Assembly (NCBI GenBank): GCA_039208045.1
Contig: JBCCRH010000025.1
Span: forward strand, 1 to 25,642
Source of the DNA: Bacteroidota bacterium
GTDB taxonomy: Bacteria > Bacteroidota > Bacteroidia > Chitinophagales > Saprospiraceae
Direction of reading: 5' to 3'
Length of the DNA: 25,642 nt
Below, piece after piece: positions 7,314 to 16,152 of this stretch. The position numbers and the translations under genes were made by a program. A model generated the notes under the pieces. That model searched no databases and had not been told where the DNA came from. It worked only from the letters and a program-made list of their open reading frames with translations. Numbering within the stretch: the stretch's first letter is position 1; each line of letters opens with the position of its first letter.

Positions 7314-9410
7314 TTAAAGGATATTATCCGCTTTGTGATCGGCCAGCCCCAACTGCTTTACGGTCTTTTGTAGGTCAGCAATCAGCCCCTGCTCGCCGTC
7401 CCCTACCTTGCCTTGTAACTTTAGCAAGAGGGAAGCCAGCGTGAGATTTTTCACATCAGCGCTGCTGATGCCTGCCTGCTGGATCAAGGCATGGATTTTG
7501 GTAAATAAACCGTGTCCATTACCATTGCCCATCAGTTGGTTTTTCACGTCGGTCAATTGCTCGCTACTGCCAATCAATCGATCTACCGATTTTCCACGGT
7601 TGATCGCACTCATAATATTGTTGATGAAGGTTGCCTCTCCACCTACAATATCGATATTGGCGTGCTTGAAAGCCTCTGCTAACACCATCGCCTGTGCCTC
7701 CGCGATAGAGCGCTGCACGTCGATATTGGCGAGTTCCACCTCCTTCTCCTTCTCCAAGCGTAGCTTGAACTCTTCGTGCTCTTTGCCAACGCCATTCAGC
7801 TTCTTCATGGCTTCTGCTTTCAGCTCTACGCCTCTAGCATCCGCCTCGAACTTCTCGGACTGTACTTTCGCTTCCGCTAAACCTTGCTGCTCTGTCACTT
7901 CTGCCTGGAGCAAGCCTTGCTTGTGGGTCGCTTCTGCTTTAGCAGCAATACCAGCTGCTTCCGCCTGGGCTTTCTTCTCAATGACGATCGCCTCTAGTGT
8001 GCCTTCCTGCTCTCTCGCTTTAGCTTTCGCCTCAATGACCTGCGCCTCCGACAAACCGATGGTTGCCTCTTCCGCTGCGGTCGCTTCTGCCTTTATCTTA
8101 CGGGCCTCTGCCTCTTTTTCTGCTGCATTTTTCTCTGCCTCTGCATCGATCAATAAGGTCTTAGCGCGTATTTCAGCTGCTAGTTTTTCTGCTTCCGCTA
8201 AACGCTGCTGCTTAATCACCTCAGAGTCTCCCTCTTCTTCGGCCTTAATTACCGCCACCTGCTTCGCTCTACTTGCTGCTGCTACTTCGCGCGTGTCCTT
8301 AATTTTCTCCTCTTCTTCTACCACTTTCTTCTCCACCATAATGCGATCTTTGATCACATCTTGAATGCTCTTCTTCTCCTCTTCAATAGCACGCTGCTTC
8401 TCAATTTCTGCTAAAGTCACCACCCGCTCGCGCTCGGTCTGCTCCAAGAGGCGGTCCTTCTCGACTCGCTCTTGCTCCACTGCCTCGGCACGCTCCTTAT
8501 TTTTTTGCGCAATAATCACTTGGCGCATTTTATTTTGCTCTGCAATTTCTAGCTCTTCCTCTGTACGGATGCGTACTGCCTCTGAGCGTAGGCGCTCTTC
8601 CTCATTGATTTTCATAATCTCTGCCGACTCCCGCGCTTGGATATTAGCAATCTCTCGCTTTTGCCGCTCCTCCTTTTCTGCCAGTTGGCGCTCATATTCC
8701 AAGATCGCTTCGCGCGCTTCCACATCCTGCTCTTTAATGGTCTTCTCTTCCTCTCTACGGATAAAGTTTGCCTTCACTTTCTGCTGGGCAGTTAGTTCTG
8801 TAATCTTCTTGATCCCTTCGGCATCGAGGATATTATTGATTTGCAAGTACTCCAATGGCGTTTGCTCCAAAAAGTCAATCGCACAGTCGTCGAGCACATA
8901 TCCGTTCAAATCAGAACCAATGGTATCGATGATTTCTCGCTTAAAATTGTCGCGATTATCATACAGCTCCACAAAATCAAAGCGCTTACCAACTGTTTTT
9001 AGCGCTTCTGAAAACTTAGCTTCAAAAAGCTCGCGCAGGGTCTTATAGTCTGAAGCCCGCTTGCAGCCAATCGACTGGGCTACATTGCGAATTTGCTCCT
9101 TGTCCTTAATCACGCGCACAAAAAAGACAACCTTAATATCTGCACGGATATTATCCTTACAGATCAGCCCATCTTTTTGCATCCGACTGATTTCGATGGT
9201 TTTTACCGAAAGGTCCATCAGTTCCAACATATGCAAAACTGGAATGACAAACATACCTTTGTCGTACTCCACGGCGGTACCTCCCTGTCCGGTGCGTACC
9301 ATCGCGAAACCCTGAGGTACTTTTTTATAAAAAGAAACGAACCATGCTACAATCAATAAGAGGATTGCACCAATTGATCCAAGAACGATATACATTACTG
9401 TTGTGGCCAT
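7314..9410 (-). CDS. Flotillin-family (SPFH/band-7) protein with a very long Glu/Ala/Lys-rich coiled coil.
   Basis: 698 aa. An N-terminal TM helix is followed by an SPFH domain (GQGGTAVEYDKGMFVIPVLHMLELMDLSVKTIEISR...), then about 350 aa of EA/EK heptad-like repeats and a flotillin C-terminal region. It is paired with an upstream NfeD-like gene, as in yqiJK. Confidence 0.85.
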   Translation of the reverse strand: MATTVMYIVLGSIGAILLLIVAWFVSFYKKVPQGFAMVRTGQGGTAVEYDKGMFVIPVLHMLELMDLSVKTIEISRMQKDGLICKDNIRADIKVVFFVRVIKDKEQIRNVAQSIGCKRASDYKTLRELFEAKFSEALKTVGKRFDFVELYDNRDNFKREIIDTIGSDLNGYVLDDCAIDFLEQTPLEYLQINNILDAEGIKKITELTAQQKVKANFIRREEEKTIKEQDVEAREAILEYERQLAEKEERQKREIANIQARESAEIMKINEEERLRSEAVRIRTEEELEIAEQNKMRQVIIAQKNKERAEAVEQERVEKDRLLEQTERERVVTLAEIEKQRAIEEEKKSIQDVIKDRIMVEKKVVEEEEKIKDTREVAAASRAKQVAVIKAEEEGDSEVIKQQRLAEAEKLAAEIRAKTLLIDAEAEKNAAEKEAEARKIKAEATAAEEATIGLSEAQVIEAKAKAREQEGTLEAIVIEKKAQAEAAGIAAKAEATHKQGLLQAEVTEQQGLAEAKVQSEKFEADARGVELKAEAMKKLNGVGKEHEEFKLRLEKEKEVELANIDVQRSIAEAQAMVLAEAFKHANIDIVGGEATFINNIMSAINRGKSVDRLIGSSEQLTDVKNQLMGNGNGHGLFTKIHALIQQAGISSADVKNLTLASLLLKLQGKVGDGEQGLIADLQKTVKQLGLADHKADNIL

Positions 9411-9451
9411 TTTTTAGTTATTGTTTTAAGGGATTTTAAACTGGTTTTGTA

Positions 9452-9476
9452 AAAAAGAACGACTTACTCCGTTCTC
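9452..9476 (-). terminator. Hairpin plus U6 in the nfeD-flotillin intergenic region (attenuator or partial terminator in the flotillin leader).
   Basis: The minus strand reads gAGAACGgagtaagtCGTTCTtttttt. A 6-bp stem and 8-nt loop are followed by a T6 run. It sits about 120 nt after the nfeD stop and about 40 nt before the flotillin ATG. Confidence 0.3.
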
Positions 9477-9549
9477 GAAATTCACGACTGACTAGGTATA
9501 CCTGGCGCCATATTAGGCTGGCAAGTATAATCGTTCTGTTGAATAATGT

Positions 9550-9557
9550 CAAACTTA
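9550..9557 (-). promoter_or_regulatory. Candidate -7 box TAAGTTTG (minus strand) for the flotillin gene.
   Basis: Exact match to TAnnTTTG on the minus strand, about 140 nt upstream of the flotillin ATG. It would put the hairpin/U-run in the 5' leader. Confidence 0.2.
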
Positions 9558-9595
9558 ATCCAAACATGACTATTAGAGTATAAAAAAGTGAAAAA

Positions 9596-10285
9596 TTATG
9601 CTGGTTCAGGCGCTAATTTTTTGACAATATAGTATTTGCCATCATCTTCCTGATTTACAATCAACGCTTCTTCTCCCTTCAGGATAGGGGCGCTATTTTT
9701 GGCCGCTTTTACCGTGATGAGCAGCGAATCGCCTTGAAAGCGCACCTCGGCTTGACCAATCTGGGTAGAGGTGGCAGGTAGTTTTAGCGTACATACTTGT
9801 CCGATATAGTCAATTGCATCTACCCCTTTGCTCGAAAAATCCTTAAAGATGGGGATCAAAGGGATAGTGATAATCTTGGTAATCAGTAAGCTTACAAACA
9901 AGTTGGGCAATATTTGCAGCCACGCATAGGTACCTGCTCCCTGCCCCACGTAGAAGTTTCCAAGTACCGCTATCGCCCACATGCTCAGTACAAGAAATGA
10001 CATTACAATCATAAAGGGTAGCCGTCCAAAATTAAAGAAGTGTAATGTGCTGGCAAACCAGCCCACAGAACTGCCCACCTCACTATCGGTATCGATGTTA
10101 AGATCAGTATCCACATCTACGTCTACGTCGATATCGACGTCTGTGTCTACATCTATATCAAAATCGAATGCACCAATATCCAAGGCACCAATCATGACGG
10201 TGATCCAATATAGGATAATCATCATAAATAGGCCGGTGTAGACAATGTTGTAAGGCGCAATCGCAACTTCTAATAATGCTTGCAT
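9596..10285 (-). CDS. NfeD/YqiJ-like membrane protein (flotillin partner).
   Basis: 229 aa with N-terminal TM helices and a C-terminal OB-fold-like soluble domain (GQVCTLKLPATSTQIGQAEVRFQGDSLLI...). It lies directly upstream of the flotillin gene on the same strand. It contains a striking acidic (D-V/I/T)n loop, DFDIDVDTDVDIDVDVDVDTDLNIDTDSE. Confidence 0.7.
   Translation of the reverse strand: MQALLEVAIAPYNIVYTGLFMMIILYWITVMIGALDIGAFDFDIDVDTDVDIDVDVDVDTDLNIDTDSEVGSSVGWFASTLHFFNFGRLPFMIVMSFLVLSMWAIAVLGNFYVGQGAGTYAWLQILPNLFVSLLITKIITIPLIPIFKDFSSKGVDAIDYIGQVCTLKLPATSTQIGQAEVRFQGDSLLITVKAAKNSAPILKGEEALIVNQEDDGKYYIVKKLAPEPA
10088..10165. repeat. Imperfect tandem hexanucleotide repeat (GACGTC/GACATC/GATATC-type) inside the nfeD-like CDS.
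   Basis: atcgatgttaagatcagtatccacatctacgtctacgtcgatatcgacgtctgtgtctacatctatatc encodes the (Asp-hydrophobic)n stretch on the minus strand. Confidence 0.6.
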
Positions 10286-10523
10286 AGTTTCAATTTTTCA
10301 GCTGATTTGCATCAGTTTAGTAGTTTTTTGGGGTTATACTGGGCGCAGCCGAAGCTCAGTAAATGTTAAGCTGAGCGAAGTCGAAGCTTAAAGTTGGTTT
10401 ATTGAATTCTGTTTTGCGTCGGGTTGTTCTCATTGGTTATACTCTAATATTGCAGATTTTTGCAAAAAATGACCATTTTCCTCGGCTAATTTCTAGGAAT
10501 AGTCGACAAGTATTAAGATAATT

Positions 10524-11423
10524 TTAAGGATTGTTAAATTCTATGTAAGGACTGAGCTGTGGCCAATCGACAGGTAAGGCAAGGAGTGCTGTTTTTAAGG
10601 CGTCCAAGTCTTGAAAAGGCCCATGTTCCGCTCGATAAGCTACAATAATGGTAGCTTGCTTCTTATTCAGATAGGGATGTTTTGCCAATTCTTCTTTTTC
10701 TAATTCATTGATATTCAGTTTTCTAAAAATAGGAGAGTGAGTGAGGAATGGGCGTATTTGCACGAAAGTGCTATCCGGCAGGTGGTAAGTATCAGCTACT
10801 TGGTCGATTTGGTAAAAACCACCCAGGCTTTCGCGAAAGCGTATAATGCGCTTAGCAAAATAGGGGCCAATGCCGCGCAATTGTTGCCATTCTTCGGCAG
10901 TTGCTTGGTTAATATCTACCGAAATGGGCGCGCGCTTTGCTGCAAAAGTTGTTTTTGGTCTTTTCGGAGGTAGTTGGATAAAAGGGTGTAATCGCTGGTA
11001 GGTGCTATCGGCTAATCCATAGATTTTTTTCAAATCCGCTTTCGCGAAAAATTTCCCTCCTTTGTTCCGAAAGTTAACTAGGGTTTGGGCACATTTGGGC
11101 GAAAGCCCTAGCTCTAAGAGCGTTGTTTTGCTTACTTGATTGGGATCAAATGGGAAGGAGCGTACCTGGTAGGGGGCAGTAGTTGATGGGGTAGCTGTCG
11201 CTAAATGGGATGCCGACTCGGTGGTAGGAAGGGTATCTAGTTGGGCGTTGATCTGCGCGACGGCGCGGTGAAAGCGCTCAAAGTTGGGGCGTGGCTCTTG
11301 TGCTGGTATCATTTTGTAAAAATGGGGTAAGCCCATCCCTAAGCAGCAACAGGTAAATAAGACCCAGGCAGCTCGTCGCTCGCTGCGCCGAAAGTAGAAA
11401 AACTGATCAAAGAAGGTTTTCAT
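10524..11423 (-). CDS. ComEA-like helix-hairpin-helix DNA-binding protein (three HhH repeats, N-terminal membrane anchor).
   Basis: 299 aa. The N-terminal hydrophobic segment WVLFTCCCLGMGL is followed by three ComEA-type HhH units (LLELGLSPKCAQTLVNFRNKGGKF, DINQATAEEWQQLRGIGPYFAKRIIRFRESLGGF and INELEKEELAKHPYLNKKQATIIVAYRAEHGPF). It lies 6 bp downstream of comEC on the same strand. Confidence 0.7.
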   Translation of the reverse strand: MKTFFDQFFYFRRSERRAAWVLFTCCCLGMGLPHFYKMIPAQEPRPNFERFHRAVAQINAQLDTLPTTESASHLATATPSTTAPYQVRSFPFDPNQVSKTTLLELGLSPKCAQTLVNFRNKGGKFFAKADLKKIYGLADSTYQRLHPFIQLPPKRPKTTFAAKRAPISVDINQATAEEWQQLRGIGPYFAKRIIRFRESLGGFYQIDQVADTYHLPDSTFVQIRPFLTHSPIFRKLNINELEKEELAKHPYLNKKQATIIVAYRAEHGPFQDLDALKTALLALPVDWPQLSPYIEFNNP

Positions 11424-11429
11424 TATGAT

Positions 11430-13502
11430 TTATTTTATGGGGGTGATAAATGCGCCATCTTCATAAGTGAAATGGCAGTTGAGGGCATGGCTTTGGCACT
11501 GCTGTTTCCAGCGTTTCTGGAAGCGGAAGGAATTAGAAGCATCGAAAATAATGGGCTTATGCTTTGGTAATTGGCTGGCATCTATTGGGCTATTGGCTCG
11601 GATAAGCACAATATCCGGTACGGTATGGAGGGGGATGCGCGTGTAGGTCTTATCAAGTAAGAGGAGCAGCGTTTGCTCTATTTGGAGGATGGGGTACTGC
11701 CATTGGAGGTGTGGCTGCTCGATACCGGTATTTAGCGTAAGCGAAAAAAACTGGCTCGTATGCTTGGCAGACCTGTAGGGTACGGCAGACCAGCTAAGCT
11801 GTGCTACTTCTAAGCTATCGGGATTGAAACTCCAGATTTGCTGCTTCCATTTGAGATCGAATAAGCTTTCTTTGCGCTGGTGATAAATGATGAGTTCTTT
11901 TTGTTGGTCACGCTGAATAATATGGGTGCTGAAAAGGAGGATAGTAAGCAGTCCAACGGAAAGTGTGGCGATCATCCACCGAAAATTTCGGGTAGTGATA
12001 GCAGCCATCCAGCAGAGTAGGGCAGCATAGGCTAAGCATAGGATTTCTACCTCCCAGTACCAAGCTTTCGAAATGGCAAAGGGGAGTTGTTGGATGTAGC
12101 CCATGGCGGCATTCATATCTCTGATGACAAAATAGAGGATTTTGCCTGCTACTGTATCGAGCATTGGGAGAGCTGGTGTGAGTTGTACCAAGAGGCCCAG
12201 CGAAAGGATGAGGGTGGCAGCAGGCACAACAATGAGGCCCGAAAGCCAAGAGTAAAGCGGTATCTGGTGAAAGTAGTAGATGCACAGGGGAAGTGTGGTT
12301 AGCTGCGCAGCAAGCCCCACACTCAGTAATTTCCAGAAATAGTCTAAAACGCGATAGCGGATATATACTGCTCGATAGATTCGATCTTGAAAGAAGACGA
12401 TGCCGATTACGGCTAGGTAGGAAAGTTGAAAACCGATATTAGAGAGCAAGCTGGGATCTGTGTACAGCAGTACAAAAGCGGAGACAGCGAGTGTATTGTA
12501 GATGCTGGAATGACGATATAGTGCTTTTGCGACCGCAAAAAAAGTAAACATGCAGGCGGCCCGCAGCACAGAAGGTGAGGCACCCGCTAGCATGGCGTAC
12601 GACCAAATAACGAGTACAGTGAGCCCTAATTGCAAGAACGTAAGCAGTCTACTATTAGATGGTAAGAGCTTAAATAAGGTGAGCAATAGCAGATAGATAA
12701 TACCCACGTGCAGCCCCGAAACGGCCAAAACGTGCATGGCTCCTGTATTGGCGTAGACGGATCGGGTCTCGGAAGTAAGCTCATCTTTATACCCTAAAAC
12801 GAGAGCAGCACCTACTCCAAAGGTCTCCGAAGTAGGGAGATGCCGCCGGAGATTAGCCAGGGCATTTTGCCGAAAGGCGTAAAAATAAGAGCCCCAGCTT
12901 GCTGTAGCCGCCTCCTGGTGCACCTGCCAATGCCCTTGTTGGATAAAGGCTTGATGGTGAATACCTTTTTGAGCCATATAGGCCTGAAAGTCGAAGGTAA
13001 ATGGATTTTTAGGACCTTCAATTGGGCGGATAGTTGCTTTGCAGCTAATGGTTTGGCCAATTGATACGTGCTTGGCGGTGTCGATTGGCAAGTAGAGAAG
13101 GAGCGGGAAGTCAACGACTAGAGTGGTATCGGCAGTTTGGAGCAATTGGGTTTGAAGTTCTACACGTGGCCCTTTGGCTCGCGCTTTGATCGTTTTGATG
13201 GTGCCTTGAAGGAAAACGGACTGGTGTAGGGGCAGTAGAGCAGGTATTTCGTCTACTTGATTGCTTTGAGACTGATGGAAGCTACCTAAAAACAGCCACC
13301 CAACGCACAAGAGGATGCCATATATGTGTCGCCACCGATAAGCAATGGGGAACAGGCATAACGCCAAGAGGGCAGCAATAAGTAGGAGGACAATAAGGAA
13401 AGCGGGAACCAACGATAGCGGACTATTGAAACAAGCGGGCAAGAGCAGACCCACCACAAAAGGAAGGAAGAAGCGGATGAAGGGTAGTTCCCGCCAGTTC
13501 AT
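11430..13502 (-). CDS. comEC: ComEC/Rec2 family DNA-uptake channel protein (DUF4131 plus Competence domain; no recognisable metallo-beta-lactamase domain).
   Basis: 690 aa. An N-terminal OB-like region (FDFQAYMAQKGIHHQAF) is followed by the competence-domain signature SVYANTGAMHVLAVSGLHVGIIY and many TM helices. The C-terminal roughly 220 aa has no HxHxDH motif. Confidence 0.85.
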   Translation of the reverse strand: MNWRELPFIRFFLPFVVGLLLPACFNSPLSLVPAFLIVLLLIAALLALCLFPIAYRWRHIYGILLCVGWLFLGSFHQSQSNQVDEIPALLPLHQSVFLQGTIKTIKARAKGPRVELQTQLLQTADTTLVVDFPLLLYLPIDTAKHVSIGQTISCKATIRPIEGPKNPFTFDFQAYMAQKGIHHQAFIQQGHWQVHQEAATASWGSYFYAFRQNALANLRRHLPTSETFGVGAALVLGYKDELTSETRSVYANTGAMHVLAVSGLHVGIIYLLLLTLFKLLPSNSRLLTFLQLGLTVLVIWSYAMLAGASPSVLRAACMFTFFAVAKALYRHSSIYNTLAVSAFVLLYTDPSLLSNIGFQLSYLAVIGIVFFQDRIYRAVYIRYRVLDYFWKLLSVGLAAQLTTLPLCIYYFHQIPLYSWLSGLIVVPAATLILSLGLLVQLTPALPMLDTVAGKILYFVIRDMNAAMGYIQQLPFAISKAWYWEVEILCLAYAALLCWMAAITTRNFRWMIATLSVGLLTILLFSTHIIQRDQQKELIIYHQRKESLFDLKWKQQIWSFNPDSLEVAQLSWSAVPYRSAKHTSQFFSLTLNTGIEQPHLQWQYPILQIEQTLLLLLDKTYTRIPLHTVPDIVLIRANSPIDASQLPKHKPIIFDASNSFRFQKRWKQQCQSHALNCHFTYEDGAFITPIK

Positions 13503-13626
13503 ATTTTCATTCAGTTATGCTATCAGAAAGGCCATTGAGAGCTTTTTGGTAGCTTGGGTTGAGAAAGCGCAATACAGGTAAAACTGGTTTTTACGGACTT
13601 TATTGTCTACAATATTAAATACCCTA

Positions 13627-13710
13627 CAGCGGATTGCAAATCCGCTGGGCGCGTGCTAGGCTTTTTTCCTTAAAGCTTGGCCCGCGCCCAGTGGATTTGT
13701 AATCCGCGTG
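13627..13710. repeat. Compound palindromic intergenic element (REP/MITE-like). It has 27-bp inverted arms, each itself a GCGGAT-n5-ATCCGC hairpin, around a 29-nt loop.
   Basis: The arm 13627..13653 cagcggattgcaaatccgctgggcgcg is nearly the reverse complement of 13683..13710 cgcgcccagtggatttgtaatccgcgtg (2-3 mismatches). The 12-mer accctacagcgg occurs at 13621..13632 and again at 13751..13762, the latter inside the 3' end of the TonB receptor gene. Confidence 0.55.
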
Positions 13711-13739
13711 GCCCTAAAACTTATCTTTGTTGCATAATA

Positions 13740-16142
13740 TTAGATTCGGAACCCTACAGCGGCATAAAAGCTGCGGGGGGTGGCGGGGATAATGCCAGGG
13801 CCAGGGTAGCTTTCTGCTCTTCGGGTAAAGTAGGTTTCGTCAGCAATATTGTTGATGCCAGCGGCAAAGGTGAAGCGTTGGAATTGGTACTCCGCAGAGA
13901 AATCTAGGACTAGGTAAGATGGGACAATACCAGTGAGTGCGTTGGGGTTGAATTCGGAATTGGTGGCGTCGGAGAACTGCTCGCTAAGGTAGGAGACTTG
14001 GAAGGTTGTTTTGAGGTCGCGCCATCGGTAGTTGAGGCCGGTGCGCAGCATGACATTGGGGACGTATTCTACTTTGCGGTCTTGGATGGCGGTAATGTCG
14101 GATTGGATGTAGGTAGCGTCTGTCATAGATAGGTTGATGAAGAGTGATAGCTTAGAGGGTTGCTCCTTTAGTTGCAGGAGGTCGAAGAGATCCAACTCAC
14201 CAAAGAACTCGAAGCCGATGTGGCGAGAATTGCCAATATTGGTGCGGAATAGGGTAGTGCTACCTGGCAATTCGTAGAGGCCAATACGATCATTGTAGCG
14301 CAATAGAAACACACTGGCATCCATATTGAGCCAGCTAAATACCTGGCCTCGAATGCCGATGTCCATATTAAAGCCATTCTCATCCGTGATAAGACTGTCG
14401 AGCTGAAAGTTGGGATTTACGACGCGCAGGTCGCTGAAGGTAATGGAGCGAAAGTTTTGAGCGTAATTGGCATAAAGCTGTACGTTTTCCTTTACTTCAT
14501 AGCTCGCACCCACCCCGATAAGCGGTATCCATCGGGTATTGGAGTTCTGATCGGCATTGAGGGTAGAAGAGACTAGATTGCCTGCAAAATCGAAGCGGTT
14601 GAGGCGCCAGGTGCCTACTGCATCGGTGCGGATATGCTCTAGGCGGAAGCCAGTGGTGAGGCTGAGTTTGGGGGTGATATACAGCAGATTTTCTACGAAA
14701 AAGGCGTGGTTTTCGCTGGGGAATTCATAGGCAAACTCTTCGGGATCATTGGGGTTGAGTAGCTCGAAATCGGGAGTGTTAGCTGCACTTGCAAAGCCTT
14801 GTTTGCGTTCGGTTAAGCCATTGTAGTAGCGGCCGCCAACGATAAGGGTTGCTTCTTTTCCACGCACTTGATATTGGTGTAAAAGCCGCGCTTCGGTGCC
14901 AAAATTGCGGAACACATCATTGATGAGCGTGCGATTATCATTGGGATTGTCGGGTACCCCTATTTGCTGCAAATTGCCCAAAGCATCCCTACTGGAAAAC
15001 AGGGCGAAACTTCTAATATTAAGTTTCGTTTGTCTAGAAAAGGTATAGTCTATGGTAGATGCTAGGAGATTCCAATCGACGCTAAACCAGTTTCTGCTGC
15101 GCTGTGACTGGGAGAGATTGCCACTTTCAAATTGATCGTCGGTTAGGCCACCTGGCTGTTGGGCCTCATAATAGAGGTAGGAGTATTCAAAGCCCAATTT
15201 TAAGCGATCATTCACTTGATAGCCTAGGCGCGCAAAAGCAGTGTGCGCATCGAAGCCGGAATTGTCGCGCCAGCCATCACCGGTGCGGTATTGGTAGTAG
15301 CCATAATAGTCTATAGTTTCGTTGCGACCACCCACGCTCACAAAGGAATTGAGTAATCCGAAAGAGCCAACAGCCTGTTCTGCTTGCAGCTCAAAAGGCT
15401 TATCGGGCGCTTCTCGTAGTTTAAAATTGAGCATCCCCCCAAACTGAGAGCCATACTGAAGGGAAGCAGCACCACGCACCACCTCAATCCGCTCGATAGC
15501 CTGCATGGCAGGCATATAGTAACTTTCGGGATACCCCAAGGCATCGGCACTCATATCGTAGCCATTTTGGCGGGTATTGAAGTTAGCGGTACGGCTGGGG
15601 CCTAATCCTCGGGCGGCAATGTCGAGCTGTAGCCCAGCAAAGTCGCTCTCCCAGATGTTGAGCCCTGGCACTTTTGCAAAAACCTGCCGTGCATTATTGG
15701 CGGCTTTGTTGGCAGCAAAATCATCGAGGATGATGACTTCATTTTTTTTAGCTTCGTAGATGGCAAAATTCTCTACAGCCTTAAGCCTGGTGACGCCCAT
15801 CGTTTGCTTTCGGGTTACGACCTCTACTCCTTCTAAGTCGATATTTAGCTCCGTCATGGAGAAGTTGATCACAGTATCTTGCGTAAGATTAATCAGAAGA
15901 GAATCTGTGTTATTACCAATGCTAAAGACACTTAGTTGGTGGACGCCTTTCGGCAGATTTATTTCATAGAAGCCATCTGCATTAGTATCCACAAAACGCT
16001 GAAGTGCCAGTACCCCTACCGTAGCTTCTGCAATGGGCGCTTTATTTTCAATACTTACCACTTGGCCTGTGATGTTGAAGGACTGGGCGGATAGAGAAAA
16101 GGGGAGGAGTAAAATAAGGCTCAAGCCGATAAAAAATTGCAT
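13740..16142 (-). CDS. TonB-dependent outer-membrane receptor with an N-terminal carboxypeptidase-regulatory-like domain.
   Basis: 800 aa. A signal peptide (MQFFIGLSLILLLPFSLSA) is followed by a CarbopepD_reg-like segment (ITGQVVS...DGFYEINLPKGVHQLSV), then a plug and a 22-strand barrel with the typical aromatic-rich C-terminus ...AAVGFRI. Confidence 0.85.
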   Translation of the reverse strand: MQFFIGLSLILLLPFSLSAQSFNITGQVVSIENKAPIAEATVGVLALQRFVDTNADGFYEINLPKGVHQLSVFSIGNNTDSLLINLTQDTVINFSMTELNIDLEGVEVVTRKQTMGVTRLKAVENFAIYEAKKNEVIILDDFAANKAANNARQVFAKVPGLNIWESDFAGLQLDIAARGLGPSRTANFNTRQNGYDMSADALGYPESYYMPAMQAIERIEVVRGAASLQYGSQFGGMLNFKLREAPDKPFELQAEQAVGSFGLLNSFVSVGGRNETIDYYGYYQYRTGDGWRDNSGFDAHTAFARLGYQVNDRLKLGFEYSYLYYEAQQPGGLTDDQFESGNLSQSQRSRNWFSVDWNLLASTIDYTFSRQTKLNIRSFALFSSRDALGNLQQIGVPDNPNDNRTLINDVFRNFGTEARLLHQYQVRGKEATLIVGGRYYNGLTERKQGFASAANTPDFELLNPNDPEEFAYEFPSENHAFFVENLLYITPKLSLTTGFRLEHIRTDAVGTWRLNRFDFAGNLVSSTLNADQNSNTRWIPLIGVGASYEVKENVQLYANYAQNFRSITFSDLRVVNPNFQLDSLITDENGFNMDIGIRGQVFSWLNMDASVFLLRYNDRIGLYELPGSTTLFRTNIGNSRHIGFEFFGELDLFDLLQLKEQPSKLSLFINLSMTDATYIQSDITAIQDRKVEYVPNVMLRTGLNYRWRDLKTTFQVSYLSEQFSDATNSEFNPNALTGIVPSYLVLDFSAEYQFQRFTFAAGINNIADETYFTRRAESYPGPGIIPATPRSFYAAVGFRI

Positions 16143-16152
16143 GATTTGTGTA

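Noticed and set aside
7408-9048. Two long plus-strand ORFs (318 and 227 aa) antisense to the flotillin gene.
   Set aside because: They are Ser/Ala/Cys-rich low-complexity translations of the reverse complement of the GAG/GCT-rich coiled-coil coding repeats. Stop-free antisense frames are expected there, and there is no start context or recognisable domain.
10088-10165. Short tandem repeats that could look like a mini CRISPR or VNTR locus.
   Set aside because: The units are 6 bp, not 28-37 bp with spacers. They lie in frame inside the nfeD-like CDS and encode (Asp-hydrophobic)n.
11908-13114. Minus-strand and plus-strand small ORFs inside comEC (125, 71, 100 and 74 aa).
   Set aside because: They are fully nested in the ComEC reading frame region on alternative frames, with no motifs. 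They are typical frame-shadow ORFs.
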